Source: Escherichia phage warpig. From it: a stretch of DNA of 64,000 nt. Both the position numbers and the translations under genes were made by a program. The stretch lies in the sequence record MN850637.1, one strand, 5' to 3'. Below are positions 19,453-28,784 of this stretch, piece after piece. The first letter of the stretch is position 1; each line of letters opens with the position of its first letter. The notes under the pieces were generated by a model. It was not told where the DNA came from. It saw only the letters and a list, made by a program, of their open reading frames with translations, and did not search any database.

Positions 19453-21597
19453 ATGAACAAAGTACAGATTATTAAAAAGAACGGCTCACTTGAAGAACCT
19501 GATATCAAAAAAGTTTTAGCAGCAGTCACAAAGTCAGCTAACAGAGTTGGTTATAAAGAGCTTCCACCAGATGTTACTCAAGCTCTTGAGTCAGCATTTA
19601 TGAGGATTCTGGTAAAGTCCACTAAGCAGAATAATTTGCTAATTTCTGTAAATGATATTCACAGTATTGTTGAGGGTGCTTTGGCAGAAGTCAATCACGA
19701 GATTTATGAGTCTTACTCAACATATAGAAATTACCGTAAAGAAGTTGCTCAAAATTGGGATGAGCTTTACCAGAAGACCAAAGATACACTCTTCTTAGGT
19801 GACCGAGAAAACGCTAATTTTGACAGCAGTTTAATTTCTACAAAAGGTTCAATTATTCGTGGTTATCTGACTAAAGAAATCTTTAAACAGTACCACTTAA
19901 CACCAGAGGAACTTGAAGCCATTGAAAAAGGGTTTATCTATATCCATGATTTAAGAGACCTAATTTTTGGTGGTATCAACTGTTGCCTGTTTGACATTGG
20001 TAAAGTCCTGAAAGGTGGCTTTGAAATGTCTGGCATTGAATACTGTGAACCGAAGTCTGTGCTGTCAGCCTTACAGGTTATTGGTGATGTAGTTCTTTCA
20101 GCAACTGCACAGCAATTTGGTGGCTTTACTTTAGCAGAGATTGATAAGGTACTTGTACCGTATGCTAAGAAGTCTTTAGTGTACCACTCAGAGAAAGCTG
20201 AAGAGTACGGAATCCCTAAAGAGCAACACTATAATTACGTAATGGAGCAATTGCAGAATGAGTTAACACAAGGTTTCCAATCTCTTGAAATGAAACTTAA
20301 CACTGTTCCTTGCAGTCGCGGTGATTTTGCATTTACTACTCTGACATTTGGTCTGTTGGAACCAGATATGCACAATGAAGATAACCGTCTTCAGTTTATG
20401 ATTGCCAATACAATCCTTAACGTAAGGATGAACGGGCAAGGAAAAAGCAAAAAACCTGTTGTGTTCCCTAAACTTGTGTATATCTATGAAGAAACGAGAC
20501 ATAAGCTTGATGTATGCCAAGCAAGGTTGTTTGAAAAAGCTATTGAGTGTTGCTCTAAAGCTATGTATCCAGATTTCTTAAGTGTAACTGGACATGGTGC
20601 TGTAGCAGAGGCTTTTGAGCGTTCTGGTAAGGTAATTTCACCGATGGGTTGCAGAGCCTTCTTATCTCCATATTTTAACGAGAATGGGGAAGAGTTCTAC
20701 GTTGGTCGTGCTAACATTGGTGCTGTATCTTTGAACTTACCAATGATTTACCAGTATTCTAAAGAGAATGGTTTAGATTTCTGGAAAGAGCTTGATAAGT
20801 ACCTAGAGATGATTCGCAGCTTCCACAAGAAACGCTACGAAATGATTGCTAATATGCCAGCAAGTTCTAACCCTCTTGCATTCACACAAGGTGGCCTGTA
20901 CAAAGGGAATAAGAAACCTACTGACAAGGTTGGCTGGGATATCGTGAAGTCCTTCACAGCTTCTTTTGGGGTTACTGCGCTTGATGAGTTATCTGTTCTT
21001 ACTGAGGGTAAACGACTTCATGAAGTTGGAAGCTCTAGTTTTGCATACGATGTTCTGGCATACATTAACATGAAAACTGAAGAGTTTAAGAATGAGGATG
21101 GCTTCTTATATGCAGTCTATGGCACTCCAGCAGAATCACTTTGTGGAACTCAGCTAAAACAGTTCAGAGATATGTTTGGCGTTATTAAAGGCGTTTCTGA
21201 CAAGGAATACTTTACAAACAGTTTCCATATGAATGTTGCAGCAGACATCTCACCATTTGAGAAGCAGGACTTAGAAGAGCCATTCTTCCATATCTGTAGA
21301 GGTGGTAGAATCCAGTATGTAAGGGTAGCTAACCCAGAAAACTTAACAGCACTTAAAAGTTGTATTACCAGAGGGATGTTGAAGGGTTTTTATCAGGGAC
21401 TTAACTTTGACTTAGCAATCTGTGAACATTGTGGTAACAGACCAAAGGCTGATGTTGAAGAATGTGAGGTTTGCCATTCACATGATATCTCTGTGATTAA
21501 CAGGGTGTGCGGGTACTTGTCATTCACAAAAATTAAAGGCCAGTCTCGAATGAATGACGCTAAGATGGCAGAAATTAAGGATAGGGTTTCTATGTAG
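19453..21597 (+). CDS. nrdD: anaerobic ribonucleotide reductase (class III)
   Basis: 714 aa; C-terminal zinc ribbon CEHCGN...CEVCHS and glycyl-radical motif RVCGYL. Confidence 0.9.
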   Translation: MNKVQIIKKNGSLEEPDIKKVLAAVTKSANRVGYKELPPDVTQALESAFMRILVKSTKQNNLLISVNDIHSIVEGALAEVNHEIYESYSTYRNYRKEVAQNWDELYQKTKDTLFLGDRENANFDSSLISTKGSIIRGYLTKEIFKQYHLTPEELEAIEKGFIYIHDLRDLIFGGINCCLFDIGKVLKGGFEMSGIEYCEPKSVLSALQVIGDVVLSATAQQFGGFTLAEIDKVLVPYAKKSLVYHSEKAEEYGIPKEQHYNYVMEQLQNELTQGFQSLEMKLNTVPCSRGDFAFTTLTFGLLEPDMHNEDNRLQFMIANTILNVRMNGQGKSKKPVVFPKLVYIYEETRHKLDVCQARLFEKAIECCSKAMYPDFLSVTGHGAVAEAFERSGKVISPMGCRAFLSPYFNENGEEFYVGRANIGAVSLNLPMIYQYSKENGLDFWKELDKYLEMIRSFHKKRYEMIANMPASSNPLAFTQGGLYKGNKKPTDKVGWDIVKSFTASFGVTALDELSVLTEGKRLHEVGSSSFAYDVLAYINMKTEEFKNEDGFLYAVYGTPAESLCGTQLKQFRDMFGVIKGVSDKEYFTNSFHMNVAADISPFEKQDLEEPFFHICRGGRIQYVRVANPENLTALKSCITRGMLKGFYQGLNFDLAICEHCGNRPKADVEECEVCHSHDISVINRVCGYLSFTKIKGQSRMNDAKMAEIKDRVSM

Positions 21598-21604
21598 CAT
21601 ACAA

Positions 21605-22111
21605 ATGAATTACGAACTAATATATAATGCAATTATTAAGAAGGCACATTCTGAAAGGGGCGTGCCTCTTACATACTACAAGTGTCAAGGTAAGGGTTAT
21701 GAAAGACACCATATCGTACCAGTATGTCTAGGTGGCGATAAAATTAGTGGAGATAATATTGCTTTACTTACACCTAGAGAGCATTATATAGCTCATAAAT
21801 TACTGGTTAAGATGTATCCAAACAATCATAAGTTATGGTTTGCATGGAACAGGTTAGCTCATGACGGTTTAGATAGGAAAATATCATCCAGAGACTATGA
21901 AAAGGTAAGGGCTTTAAACTCGAAAGCTTTATCTATTGTGAATAAAGGTAGGGTTTTCACTGAAGAACATCGAAGGCGATTAGGAGAATCCCAAATAGGC
22001 AATACAAAGTCAAAAGGTTGTAAAAGGTCTATAGAAACAAGGAAGAAGATGTCAGAAGCCAAAGAAAAAGAAAACTTGCCCTCATTGTGGCATGACTGGT
22101 GGTGCTGGTAA
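21605..22111 (+). CDS. HNH homing endonuclease with NUMOD-like repeats
   Basis: ERHHIVPVCLGGDKISGDNIALLTPREH HNH core; repeated EEHRRRLGESQ-type motifs; inserted between nrdD and nrdG. Confidence 0.65.
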   Translation: MNYELIYNAIIKKAHSERGVPLTYYKCQGKGYERHHIVPVCLGGDKISGDNIALLTPREHYIAHKLLVKMYPNNHKLWFAWNRLAHDGLDRKISSRDYEKVRALNSKALSIVNKGRVFTEEHRRRLGESQIGNTKSKGCKRSIETRKKMSEAKEKENLPSLWHDWWCW

Positions 22112-22171
22112 CATGACTCGATATCATTTTGACAATTGTAAGAAAAAATAACCTTATGTAAAACTTGACAA

Positions 22172-22207
22172 GGTGATGTAGGTCTTGATAGGCTTACATC
22201 ACCTTTT
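22172..22207 (+). terminator. rho-independent terminator
   Basis: GGTGATGTA-loop-TACATCACC hairpin followed by TTTTTATTT. Confidence 0.5.
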
Positions 22208-22223
22208 TATTTGGAGTTACATT

Positions 22224-22559
22224 ATGGACTTGTGGCTTTATGTAGCAGTTTGTGGGATTGTATGTCTGATAATCTTATTTATTCTTGGAATAATGCGATT
22301 TAGAGACATCATACAGTCAGATTTTTTGCCTGAGTTTGCCATGATAGTTGGAGTTATTATACTTTGTGTCTTGGCAGTGTTCTATTCGTACAAAACTGTG
22401 ATATGGATGGATGCAAACAATTGTGTAAAAACTCATCAACATCGTGAGGTTACTTATTTTGTAAGTGTACTTAGTGGGAACACCACTATACTTGTCCCAC
22501 AAACTTCTGTAGAGTATCTTTACACATGTGATAATGGTAAAACTATATGGTGGAATTAA
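22224..22559 (+). CDS. membrane protein
   Basis: 111 aa with two hydrophobic helices. Confidence 0.4.
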   Translation: MDLWLYVAVCGIVCLIILFILGIMRFRDIIQSDFLPEFAMIVGVIILCVLAVFYSYKTVIWMDANNCVKTHQHREVTYFVSVLSGNTTILVPQTSVEYLYTCDNGKTIWWN

Positions 22560-22561
22560 CA

Positions 22562-22762
22562 ATGACAACACTCTTGAAAGCATTGATATCCATACTACAT
22601 ATAGCAGTCTTCTTCTTTGGAGTTAGTGTTATGGTATGGGGTTTTTCAGACCCACAATGGAGTTTCTCATATCATGGTCAGATGGATTTATGGTCATGCT
22701 TCAAACCATTTTTAGGGTTAGTCATAGCATTCAGTGCATTACCAACTAAGGTGAAATTATGA
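22562..22762 (+). CDS. small membrane protein
   Basis: 66 aa, hydrophobic. Confidence 0.35.
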   Translation: MTTLLKALISILHIAVFFFGVSVMVWGFSDPQWSFSYHGQMDLWSCFKPFLGLVIAFSALPTKVKL

Positions 22763-23154
22763 TTAAGTTGAGCCAAAAACAGTTAGAGTGGATTAAAGAT
22801 TATGCCTCAGAGTGTGGCTCTTGTGAAAAGAATCACGTAAGATACTCAACATTCCACACGGTCTTCACATTGTATATCGGCGACAATGTTCTAAGTGATT
22901 CTGTAGAAGATGGTGTAGCATTGCCTAATGAATTGCTTGACAAATTAGCTGTAGTCACTGGAACTTGGTCTGAAGAAGATGGTCACGAACTATCTGATGA
23001 TGTTGTCTTCTACAGTCTTGAAAACATTATGAATCCAGAGTACATTATGCTAATGACTTGCGCACAAGATTGTGTACCATTACAAAACTTCATTAAAGAG
23101 CACTGTGAAGAATTTATTACTAAACAGGTTCCTTGTCAGGTGGTGTTTGAATGA
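22759..23154 (+). CDS. hypothetical protein
   Basis: 131-aa ORF. Confidence 0.4.
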   Translation: MIKLSQKQLEWIKDYASECGSCEKNHVRYSTFHTVFTLYIGDNVLSDSVEDGVALPNELLDKLAVVTGTWSEEDGHELSDDVVFYSLENIMNPEYIMLMTCAQDCVPLQNFIKEHCEEFITKQVPCQVVFE

Positions 23155-23450
23155 GTAAAACAATTCGAAGAAAAGGTTTAAAGAACGTTCATGGACTCTA
23201 TGAGTGGAGAAATGAGGTACGTAACAGAGAAAATGCTTCAGATGTCTACTTCCATTCTGATATGATGTCCAGAAAAGGTGGCTCTTACGACTTCACAAGC
23301 CAGCCTTGTAGAGAGATTAAGAAGGCCACTAAACGTCTTACAAGAACACAAATAAGGCAGCTTTCTAAGACATCCTTCTTAGATGAAGACTTTGACATTG
23401 ATAGCAAGTCTCCAAAGAAAGCTGCTCAGAACACTTATATGTATTGGTGA
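23151..23450 (+). CDS. hypothetical protein
   Basis: 99-aa ORF. Confidence 0.4.
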   Translation: MSKTIRRKGLKNVHGLYEWRNEVRNRENASDVYFHSDMMSRKGGSYDFTSQPCREIKKATKRLTRTQIRQLSKTSFLDEDFDIDSKSPKKAAQNTYMYW

Positions 23451-23459
23451 GGTAACTAG

Positions 23460-23945
23460 ATGAATTACATGGATATTCGACCATTTGATACAGCTAATGG
23501 TGAAGGGGTTCGTGTAAGCCTCTTCGTAGCTGGTTGTAAGCATCACTGCGAAGGCTGCTTTAACAGGGAGTCTTGGAAGTTTAATGCTGGTAAAGTGTTC
23601 ACTTATGCAAACCTATATGGAATCATCCAGTTAATGTGTGACGATGCTGTCAGTGGGTTGTCAATACTTGGTGGAGAACCTCTGGATGATAGAAATATTC
23701 AAGAGGTTACCAATATATGTAAACGTATTAAAACTGTTTACCCAGAGAAGTCTATCTGGCTCTGGACAGGTTTTCAGTTACACGAAAAAATTCACCTAGA
23801 TGTAATGAAATATGTTGACGTGGTGATTGATGGTAAGTATGATTCATCTAAACCAACAGTTAAACCGTATCGTGGTTCTGATAACCAAAACCTCTGGAGA
23901 AAAGAGTATGGGTGGCAAGGTGATTGTCAATGGCGAGCCGAGTAA
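23460..23945 (+). CDS. nrdG: anaerobic RNR activating enzyme (radical SAM)
   Basis: 161 aa; CKHHCEGC CxxxCxxC cluster near N-terminus. Confidence 0.8.
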   Translation: MNYMDIRPFDTANGEGVRVSLFVAGCKHHCEGCFNRESWKFNAGKVFTYANLYGIIQLMCDDAVSGLSILGGEPLDDRNIQEVTNICKRIKTVYPEKSIWLWTGFQLHEKIHLDVMKYVDVVIDGKYDSSKPTVKPYRGSDNQNLWRKEYGWQGDCQWRAE

Positions 23946-24070
23946 GTCTCGTCGTAAAGTAGGTTATCGGTAAAGGCCACTTTACAATGTTCTACAGAAC
24001 AAACTTAACCGTTTGGTGTCACTGAAGAAGAACTTAAAACCTTTTGTGAAAAGATTGAGAGAGACATGAA

Positions 24071-24328
24071 ATGGGACTCTGGAATAGTTTTAAATCAAAA
24101 GTAAAAGCAGCACTAGCTTCATTAGGTATGCTCACTGGTGTTGATGTGACTCATCTTATGCAGAACTTTAAGATGGATGAGAAGCTGGCTAATGAGATTA
24201 TGAAAAGTATCTATGTAGGCCGTGGCAAAGGTGGTAAGAAACAAGCCCACCGTCCGTCTGGTGCAGCAGCTATTAAACGAGCAGCTAAGAAAGCTCGTAA
24301 CCGTAAACGTAATAAGAAGGCTAAATAA
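24071..24328 (+). CDS. hypothetical protein with basic C-terminal tail
   Basis: 85 aa, Lys/Arg-rich C-terminus. Confidence 0.4.
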   Translation: MGLWNSFKSKVKAALASLGMLTGVDVTHLMQNFKMDEKLANEIMKSIYVGRGKGGKKQAHRPSGAAAIKRAAKKARNRKRNKKAK

Positions 24329-24330
24329 TC

Positions 24331-24651
24331 ATGAGCAAAGTTTATAACACTCGCAAATTACAGATTTTCGTACTGTGCCAGTTTATGGCTAAAGAGTATA
24401 ACTTCTACTATTGTGGTACAGGTTTTATTAGCGATGATGATGGCTCATACCTCCCATTCAAAGAAGCTGTGAAGCTCTTTAATGAAGAGAAAAGCTCTAA
24501 GAAAGATATTGAAAAGGTTAAGCTAACCTACAGCAAGAAAGATAAGAAGATTATCTGCCTAGATAACTTTGTAAAAGTTACTGGGGAAGCAAAAGAGTTT
24601 ATGGATGAGAGTGAGATTTCATTCACAAGCATCTTGAAAGTAGCTCAGTAA
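24331..24651 (+). CDS. hypothetical protein
   Basis: 106-aa ORF. Confidence 0.4.
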   Translation: MSKVYNTRKLQIFVLCQFMAKEYNFYYCGTGFISDDDGSYLPFKEAVKLFNEEKSSKKDIEKVKLTYSKKDKKIICLDNFVKVTGEAKEFMDESEISFTSILKVAQ

Positions 24652-24664
24652 ACAGATACTATAG

Positions 24665-24694
24665 GGGAACTGTAAAGGTTCCCTTTTTATTTTG
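24665..24694 (+). terminator. rho-independent terminator
   Basis: GGGGAAC-loop-GTTCCC hairpin followed by TTTTTATTTT. Confidence 0.55.
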
Positions 24695-24702
24695 GAGGTA
24701 AA

Positions 24703-25218
24703 ATGTATCTGTCAAACCTGAAACGTTCGGTTGCAATGTCAGTTCTAAGACTCAGCTTTGATGAGCGTCAAGAGTTTATAGACTCCCACAAATATGACCC
24801 TTCAAATTCTAATCACATGGTTCTTTGGAATCGTGACAACTTCCGTGAAAGAGCACTTGTCCGTTATTACCCACACTACACAATAGATAACCTGTATGAA
24901 TGGTGTGTTGTGAAGAACACCATTGCAACACTGAACAATCTTTGCAGGTATACAGGTAAGCAAACATTTACACTAGGCCACCACAAACCTGTTACAAAAG
25001 GTGGTGAACATCACTGTGCGAACTGGTTTATCCAAACTAAAGCTGATAACCAGAAGCAAGGAGATAGCCTCCTAAGTATCCCTAAGATGACCTATGAAGA
25101 GCAAGAGAAATATATCAAAAATAATATGCCAGATGTGCTTGACAACAACTATACAGATTTGGCAATATCTCTCCTGTTGAAGTTCGAGACAGTTTATAGG
25201 GCAACTTATAATGGCTAA
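24703..25218 (+). CDS. putative HNH endonuclease
   Basis: LGHHKPVTKGGEHHCANWFIQTKADNQKQG fits HNH HH...N...N pattern. Confidence 0.45.
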   Translation: MYLSNLKRSVAMSVLRLSFDERQEFIDSHKYDPSNSNHMVLWNRDNFRERALVRYYPHYTIDNLYEWCVVKNTIATLNNLCRYTGKQTFTLGHHKPVTKGGEHHCANWFIQTKADNQKQGDSLLSIPKMTYEEQEKYIKNNMPDVLDNNYTDLAISLLLKFETVYRATYNG

Positions 25219-25489
25219 AGAAAAGTGGGGGATTTTACCATTAGTCAGTGAAGGAGGTAATGGTTGTGAGATGTACATGATACGTGGTCATGTTCCAGAA
25301 CCAATTGCACTTGAGATGGTAAACAACTTTACAGATGGTTCTTACAAAGACTTAGGAGAGCCAACTATAAAGCAGCAATGGGTAAAGCCTGTCCCAGACA
25401 GCACAGGTAACTGTAGTGTACTTTACCACGTTGTAGACCCTGTAAAATGCAAATCTGCAATGGCAGTAACAAACGTAACTTTTGATTGA
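25211..25489 (+). CDS. hypothetical protein
   Basis: 92-aa ORF. Confidence 0.35.
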   Translation: MAKEKWGILPLVSEGGNGCEMYMIRGHVPEPIALEMVNNFTDGSYKDLGEPTIKQQWVKPVPDSTGNCSVLYHVVDPVKCKSAMAVTNVTFD

Positions 25490-25500
25490 GAGAGAAAACT

Positions 25501-26382
25501 ATGAAAACATCTATCCGTGTCACAATTCATTCACCGACTAAAGGAACTCATGAAGAAGAGTTTAACATCATCCAATTCCCTTCTGGTGAGATTGGTGGCC
25601 ACTTTTCACAAGAGCTTGTTGATTTTACTGCTTATGCAGCATCATCTATTAACAATGTGGTTATGATTGTAAAGGGTTATGACAAAGACACACTGTTTGC
25701 TGTGGCACTGGCTAAAGAAGCAATTGACGATTTAGTTCCTCATGATTATGCCCTGAAGACTGTCATTTTTTACTACTTGCCAAATGCACGATACGACCGT
25801 CACATGTTTAAAGGCGACGCAGCAGCTTTAAAGGTTTTTGCTAAACAGGTAAATGCAATGGGATTTGGTGCAGTCTGTGCAGTTGACCCTCACAGTTATG
25901 TACCAGATAACCTGTTTAACTGCTTCCAAAGTATTCCTCAAAAGGAGATTGCAGTCCACTATGCAAATGACCCTCTAATTGATTACTTAGTAGCCCCAGA
26001 TGCAGGTGCTTCTAAGAAGATTGCAGAGACTGCTAAAGAGGCGGATAAACCATATATCACAATGTCTAAGGTGCGAAATCTTAAGACTGGAGAAATCACT
26101 GGTATGCGAATCCTTGACGATGTTGATTTGACCGATAAAACCGTCATGATTCTTGATGATATCTGTGATGGTGGTCGAACCTTCGTAGAGGCAGCTAAAC
26201 ACCTACGTGAAGCAGGTGCAAAACGTGTTGAGCTTTATGTAACACATGGTATCTTCTCTAAAGGTGTTGAAAACCTTCTTGACAACGGTATCGACCATAT
26301 TTACACTACAAACTCTTTAGGCGAAGCTAAAGACCGTGGCTTAACACATTATGGTCAAGTTACTGTAGCAAACCTTGATTGA
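25501..26382 (+). CDS. ribose-phosphate pyrophosphokinase homologue (Prs-like; candidate NARP1 Adps)
   Basis: About 293 aa; PRPP-binding-type motif VMILDDICDGGRTF; adjacent to NAMPT homologue. Confidence 0.75.
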   Translation: MKTSIRVTIHSPTKGTHEEEFNIIQFPSGEIGGHFSQELVDFTAYAASSINNVVMIVKGYDKDTLFAVALAKEAIDDLVPHDYALKTVIFYYLPNARYDRHMFKGDAAALKVFAKQVNAMGFGAVCAVDPHSYVPDNLFNCFQSIPQKEIAVHYANDPLIDYLVAPDAGASKKIAETAKEADKPYITMSKVRNLKTGEITGMRILDDVDLTDKTVMILDDICDGGRTFVEAAKHLREAGAKRVELYVTHGIFSKGVENLLDNGIDHIYTTNSLGEAKDRGLTHYGQVTVANLD

Positions 26383-26391
26383 AACTTTATA

Positions 26392-26412
26392 GGGGCTTGA
26401 AAGCCCCATTTT
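26392..26412 (+). terminator. hairpin / possible terminator
   Basis: GGGGCT-TGAA-AGCCCC followed by ATTTTG. Confidence 0.4.
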
Positions 26413-26427
26413 GAGAGAGATTAAAAG

Positions 26428-28209
26428 ATGACTAAATCACTTTATGCAGTACCAGCAGGTTTAAACGCAGATGCTTACAAGTCTGGTCATGTTTACCAGT
26501 ATCCTAGTGCAACAGAGTACTTGATGTTCAACCTGACACCACGTAGTGACAAATGGTTTAACAGCCCCTTAGCAATTGATGGTGTAGTGGCTTTTGGTAT
26601 TCAACGTTTCGTTAAAGATTACTTGATAGACCACTGGAACGCCACTTTCTTTGAACGTGATAAAAAAGAAGCAATTGACGAAATCTTAGAAGTCATGAAT
26701 GGTGTTTTGGGTAAAGATGCTATCGGTCGAGAGCATTGGGAAGCACTTCACGACTTAGGCTATCTACCAGTTGAAGTATACGCTGTAGAAGAAGGTACAG
26801 TTGTTCCGATGCGTGTCCCAATGATTGTCTTTCAGAACACTGTTTCAGGTTTCCATTGGGTAGCAGGGTATCTGGAAGATGCTTTCTCTGCTGAGATTTG
26901 GAAGGCTTGTACCATTGCAACTATTGCATTGCACTACAAACGTATCTGTAAGAAGTGGGCTGACCTTACTTGTGACAATGACTTACATTTACCTTACCAG
27001 TGCCATGACTTTGCTATGCGTGGTATGTCAGGCTTTACTGATGACGCATTTAACGCTGTAGGCCACTTAACCAGCTTTAAAGGGACTGATAGCTTCCCTG
27101 CTGTATATACAGCTAAACGCATCTACGGACAGTCTTACCCAGTCTCTGATATTGGTGGTTCTGTACCAGCCACTGAACACTCTGTAATGTGTGCAAACAT
27201 TGCTTGGGAAGGTGGTAATGAATTGATTGAAGAGGAAAGACGCTTTAAAGGTGAATTACAAACCTTCCGTCGCTTCTTAACAGAAACTTACCCAACTGGT
27301 ATTGCAAGTATTGTTTCAGATACTTATAACTTCTGGAGAACTGTGTCAGAAATCTTACCAGCACTTCGTAAAGAGATTATGGAACGTGACGGTAAACTGG
27401 TAATTCGTCCTGACTCTGGAGACCCTGTACATATTGTCACAGGTTATAAAGCAATCCACTTAGAGTGTGCTAAAAAGGCTTATTACGAGCACCTAAGCAA
27501 GCTGGAAGCCAGTGACACAATGCTGAATGCTGTTCTGAACATGAAGCTTGAAAACATCAGCTATGGTATTGCTGGATGGCTACTGTCAGAAGGCTACGAA
27601 ATGGTTGTTGACCGAGAAGACTTTGAAGTTGCTGATACAGTGATGTTGAAAAATACTTATATGGTTGGCTCTGCAAACGTTGTAACACGTCCTGTAGCAG
27701 AGATTGATGGAGCTATTAAGACCCTGTACAACATCTTCGGAGGGACTATTAACTCTAAAGGGTTTAAGGTACTGGATGAGCACATCGGCCTTATCTATGG
27801 TGACTCTATCACACTGGAACGTGCAAACGAAATCCTGAAGCGTCTGTATGAAATGGGTTTTGCAAGCTCTAACGTAGTGTTTGGCGTAGGCTCTTACACT
27901 TACCAGTACATGACTCGTGACACCTTTGCATTTGCTGTTAAAGCAACTCTTGCAAGCATTGGTGGTAAAGAGATTATGCTTGCAAAAGACCCTAAAACAG
28001 ATAGTGGTGTTAAGAAGTCTGCTTTTGGTGGTGTAGCACCTATGTGGGATGGTGATAAGTTGAAAGCTGTAGATGGCTATGGATTCCAGAGCTTTGCAGA
28101 TGCACTTGAACATCCAGCTTGTGCTTTACGTTTAGTCTTTAGTGACTCTGAGCAGTACGGTTACACATCTCTTGGTGATATTCGAAATAATATTGACAAG
28201 CAGCTTTAA
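26428..28209 (+). CDS. nicotinamide phosphoribosyltransferase homologue (NAMPT-like; candidate NARP1 Namat)
   Basis: 593 aa; overall pattern consistent with NAPRTase/NAMPT-family enzyme; gene adjacency with Prs-like. Confidence 0.7.
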   Translation: MTKSLYAVPAGLNADAYKSGHVYQYPSATEYLMFNLTPRSDKWFNSPLAIDGVVAFGIQRFVKDYLIDHWNATFFERDKKEAIDEILEVMNGVLGKDAIGREHWEALHDLGYLPVEVYAVEEGTVVPMRVPMIVFQNTVSGFHWVAGYLEDAFSAEIWKACTIATIALHYKRICKKWADLTCDNDLHLPYQCHDFAMRGMSGFTDDAFNAVGHLTSFKGTDSFPAVYTAKRIYGQSYPVSDIGGSVPATEHSVMCANIAWEGGNELIEEERRFKGELQTFRRFLTETYPTGIASIVSDTYNFWRTVSEILPALRKEIMERDGKLVIRPDSGDPVHIVTGYKAIHLECAKKAYYEHLSKLEASDTMLNAVLNMKLENISYGIAGWLLSEGYEMVVDREDFEVADTVMLKNTYMVGSANVVTRPVAEIDGAIKTLYNIFGGTINSKGFKVLDEHIGLIYGDSITLERANEILKRLYEMGFASSNVVFGVGSYTYQYMTRDTFAFAVKATLASIGGKEIMLAKDPKTDSGVKKSAFGGVAPMWDGDKLKAVDGYGFQSFADALEHPACALRLVFSDSEQYGYTSLGDIRNNIDKQL

Positions 28210-28222
28210 AAGTATATGATAA

Positions 28223-28246
28223 GAGGCTCCTACGGGAGCCTTTTTA
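28223..28246 (+). terminator. rho-independent terminator
   Basis: GGCTCC-TACG-GGAGCC hairpin followed by TTTTT. Confidence 0.55.
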
Positions 28247-28262
28247 ATTTCTGGAGAAGACT

Positions 28263-28598
28263 ATGAAAATCAAAGAAATGAACATCAATATTGTCTTAGA
28301 AGAACGTTGGGAGAACATCAAGAAGCCTGAAGATGGTAAGAAGTTCCTTAACAAAATTTTAGTAGCAGCTAAAGAAGAACTGACTGGCAAGATTGCAGCA
28401 GCAATCACAATAAAAGTCTGTGTAAAAGGTCTTCCAGACAACCACCAATTTGCGCTTGACGAGTTTAAAGAAAGCTTCTACAATCCAAACAAACAGATGC
28501 TTGAAAGTAACTTTGCAGTATCTACAAGTATCGTCCATGACAGAAGCTTTATCCTTTACAAAAATATGAGAGGTGAGTCATGCAAGCATATTGGATAG
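28263..28598 (+). CDS. hypothetical protein
   Basis: 111-aa ORF. Confidence 0.4.
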   Translation: MKIKEMNINIVLEERWENIKKPEDGKKFLNKILVAAKEELTGKIAAAITIKVCVKGLPDNHQFALDEFKESFYNPNKQMLESNFAVSTSIVHDRSFILYKNMRGESCKHIG

Positions 28599-28756
28599 AA
28601 ATTTTACTGTCACTTGGTAGTGTAGCAGTTTTTGTTTACCTTCTTTGCAAGTACTATGCAGAGTACAAGAAGTGTGATTACTGCAACGGGGAAGGGTACA
28701 CAAGAGCAGGTTGTTGCCCTATTTGTGGTGGTTCTGGTAAAATGTTTAATAAGTAA
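28580..28756 (+). CDS. small membrane protein with DnaJ-type zinc finger
   Basis: 58-aa ORF not in track (below 60 aa): N-terminal TM helix then CDYCNGEGY...CPICGGSG repeats. Confidence 0.35.
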   Translation: MQAYWIEILLSLGSVAVFVYLLCKYYAEYKKCDYCNGEGYTRAGCCPICGGSGKMFNK

Positions 28757-28784
28757 TTTAACAGTAAACTAAGAGGAAAGTATT

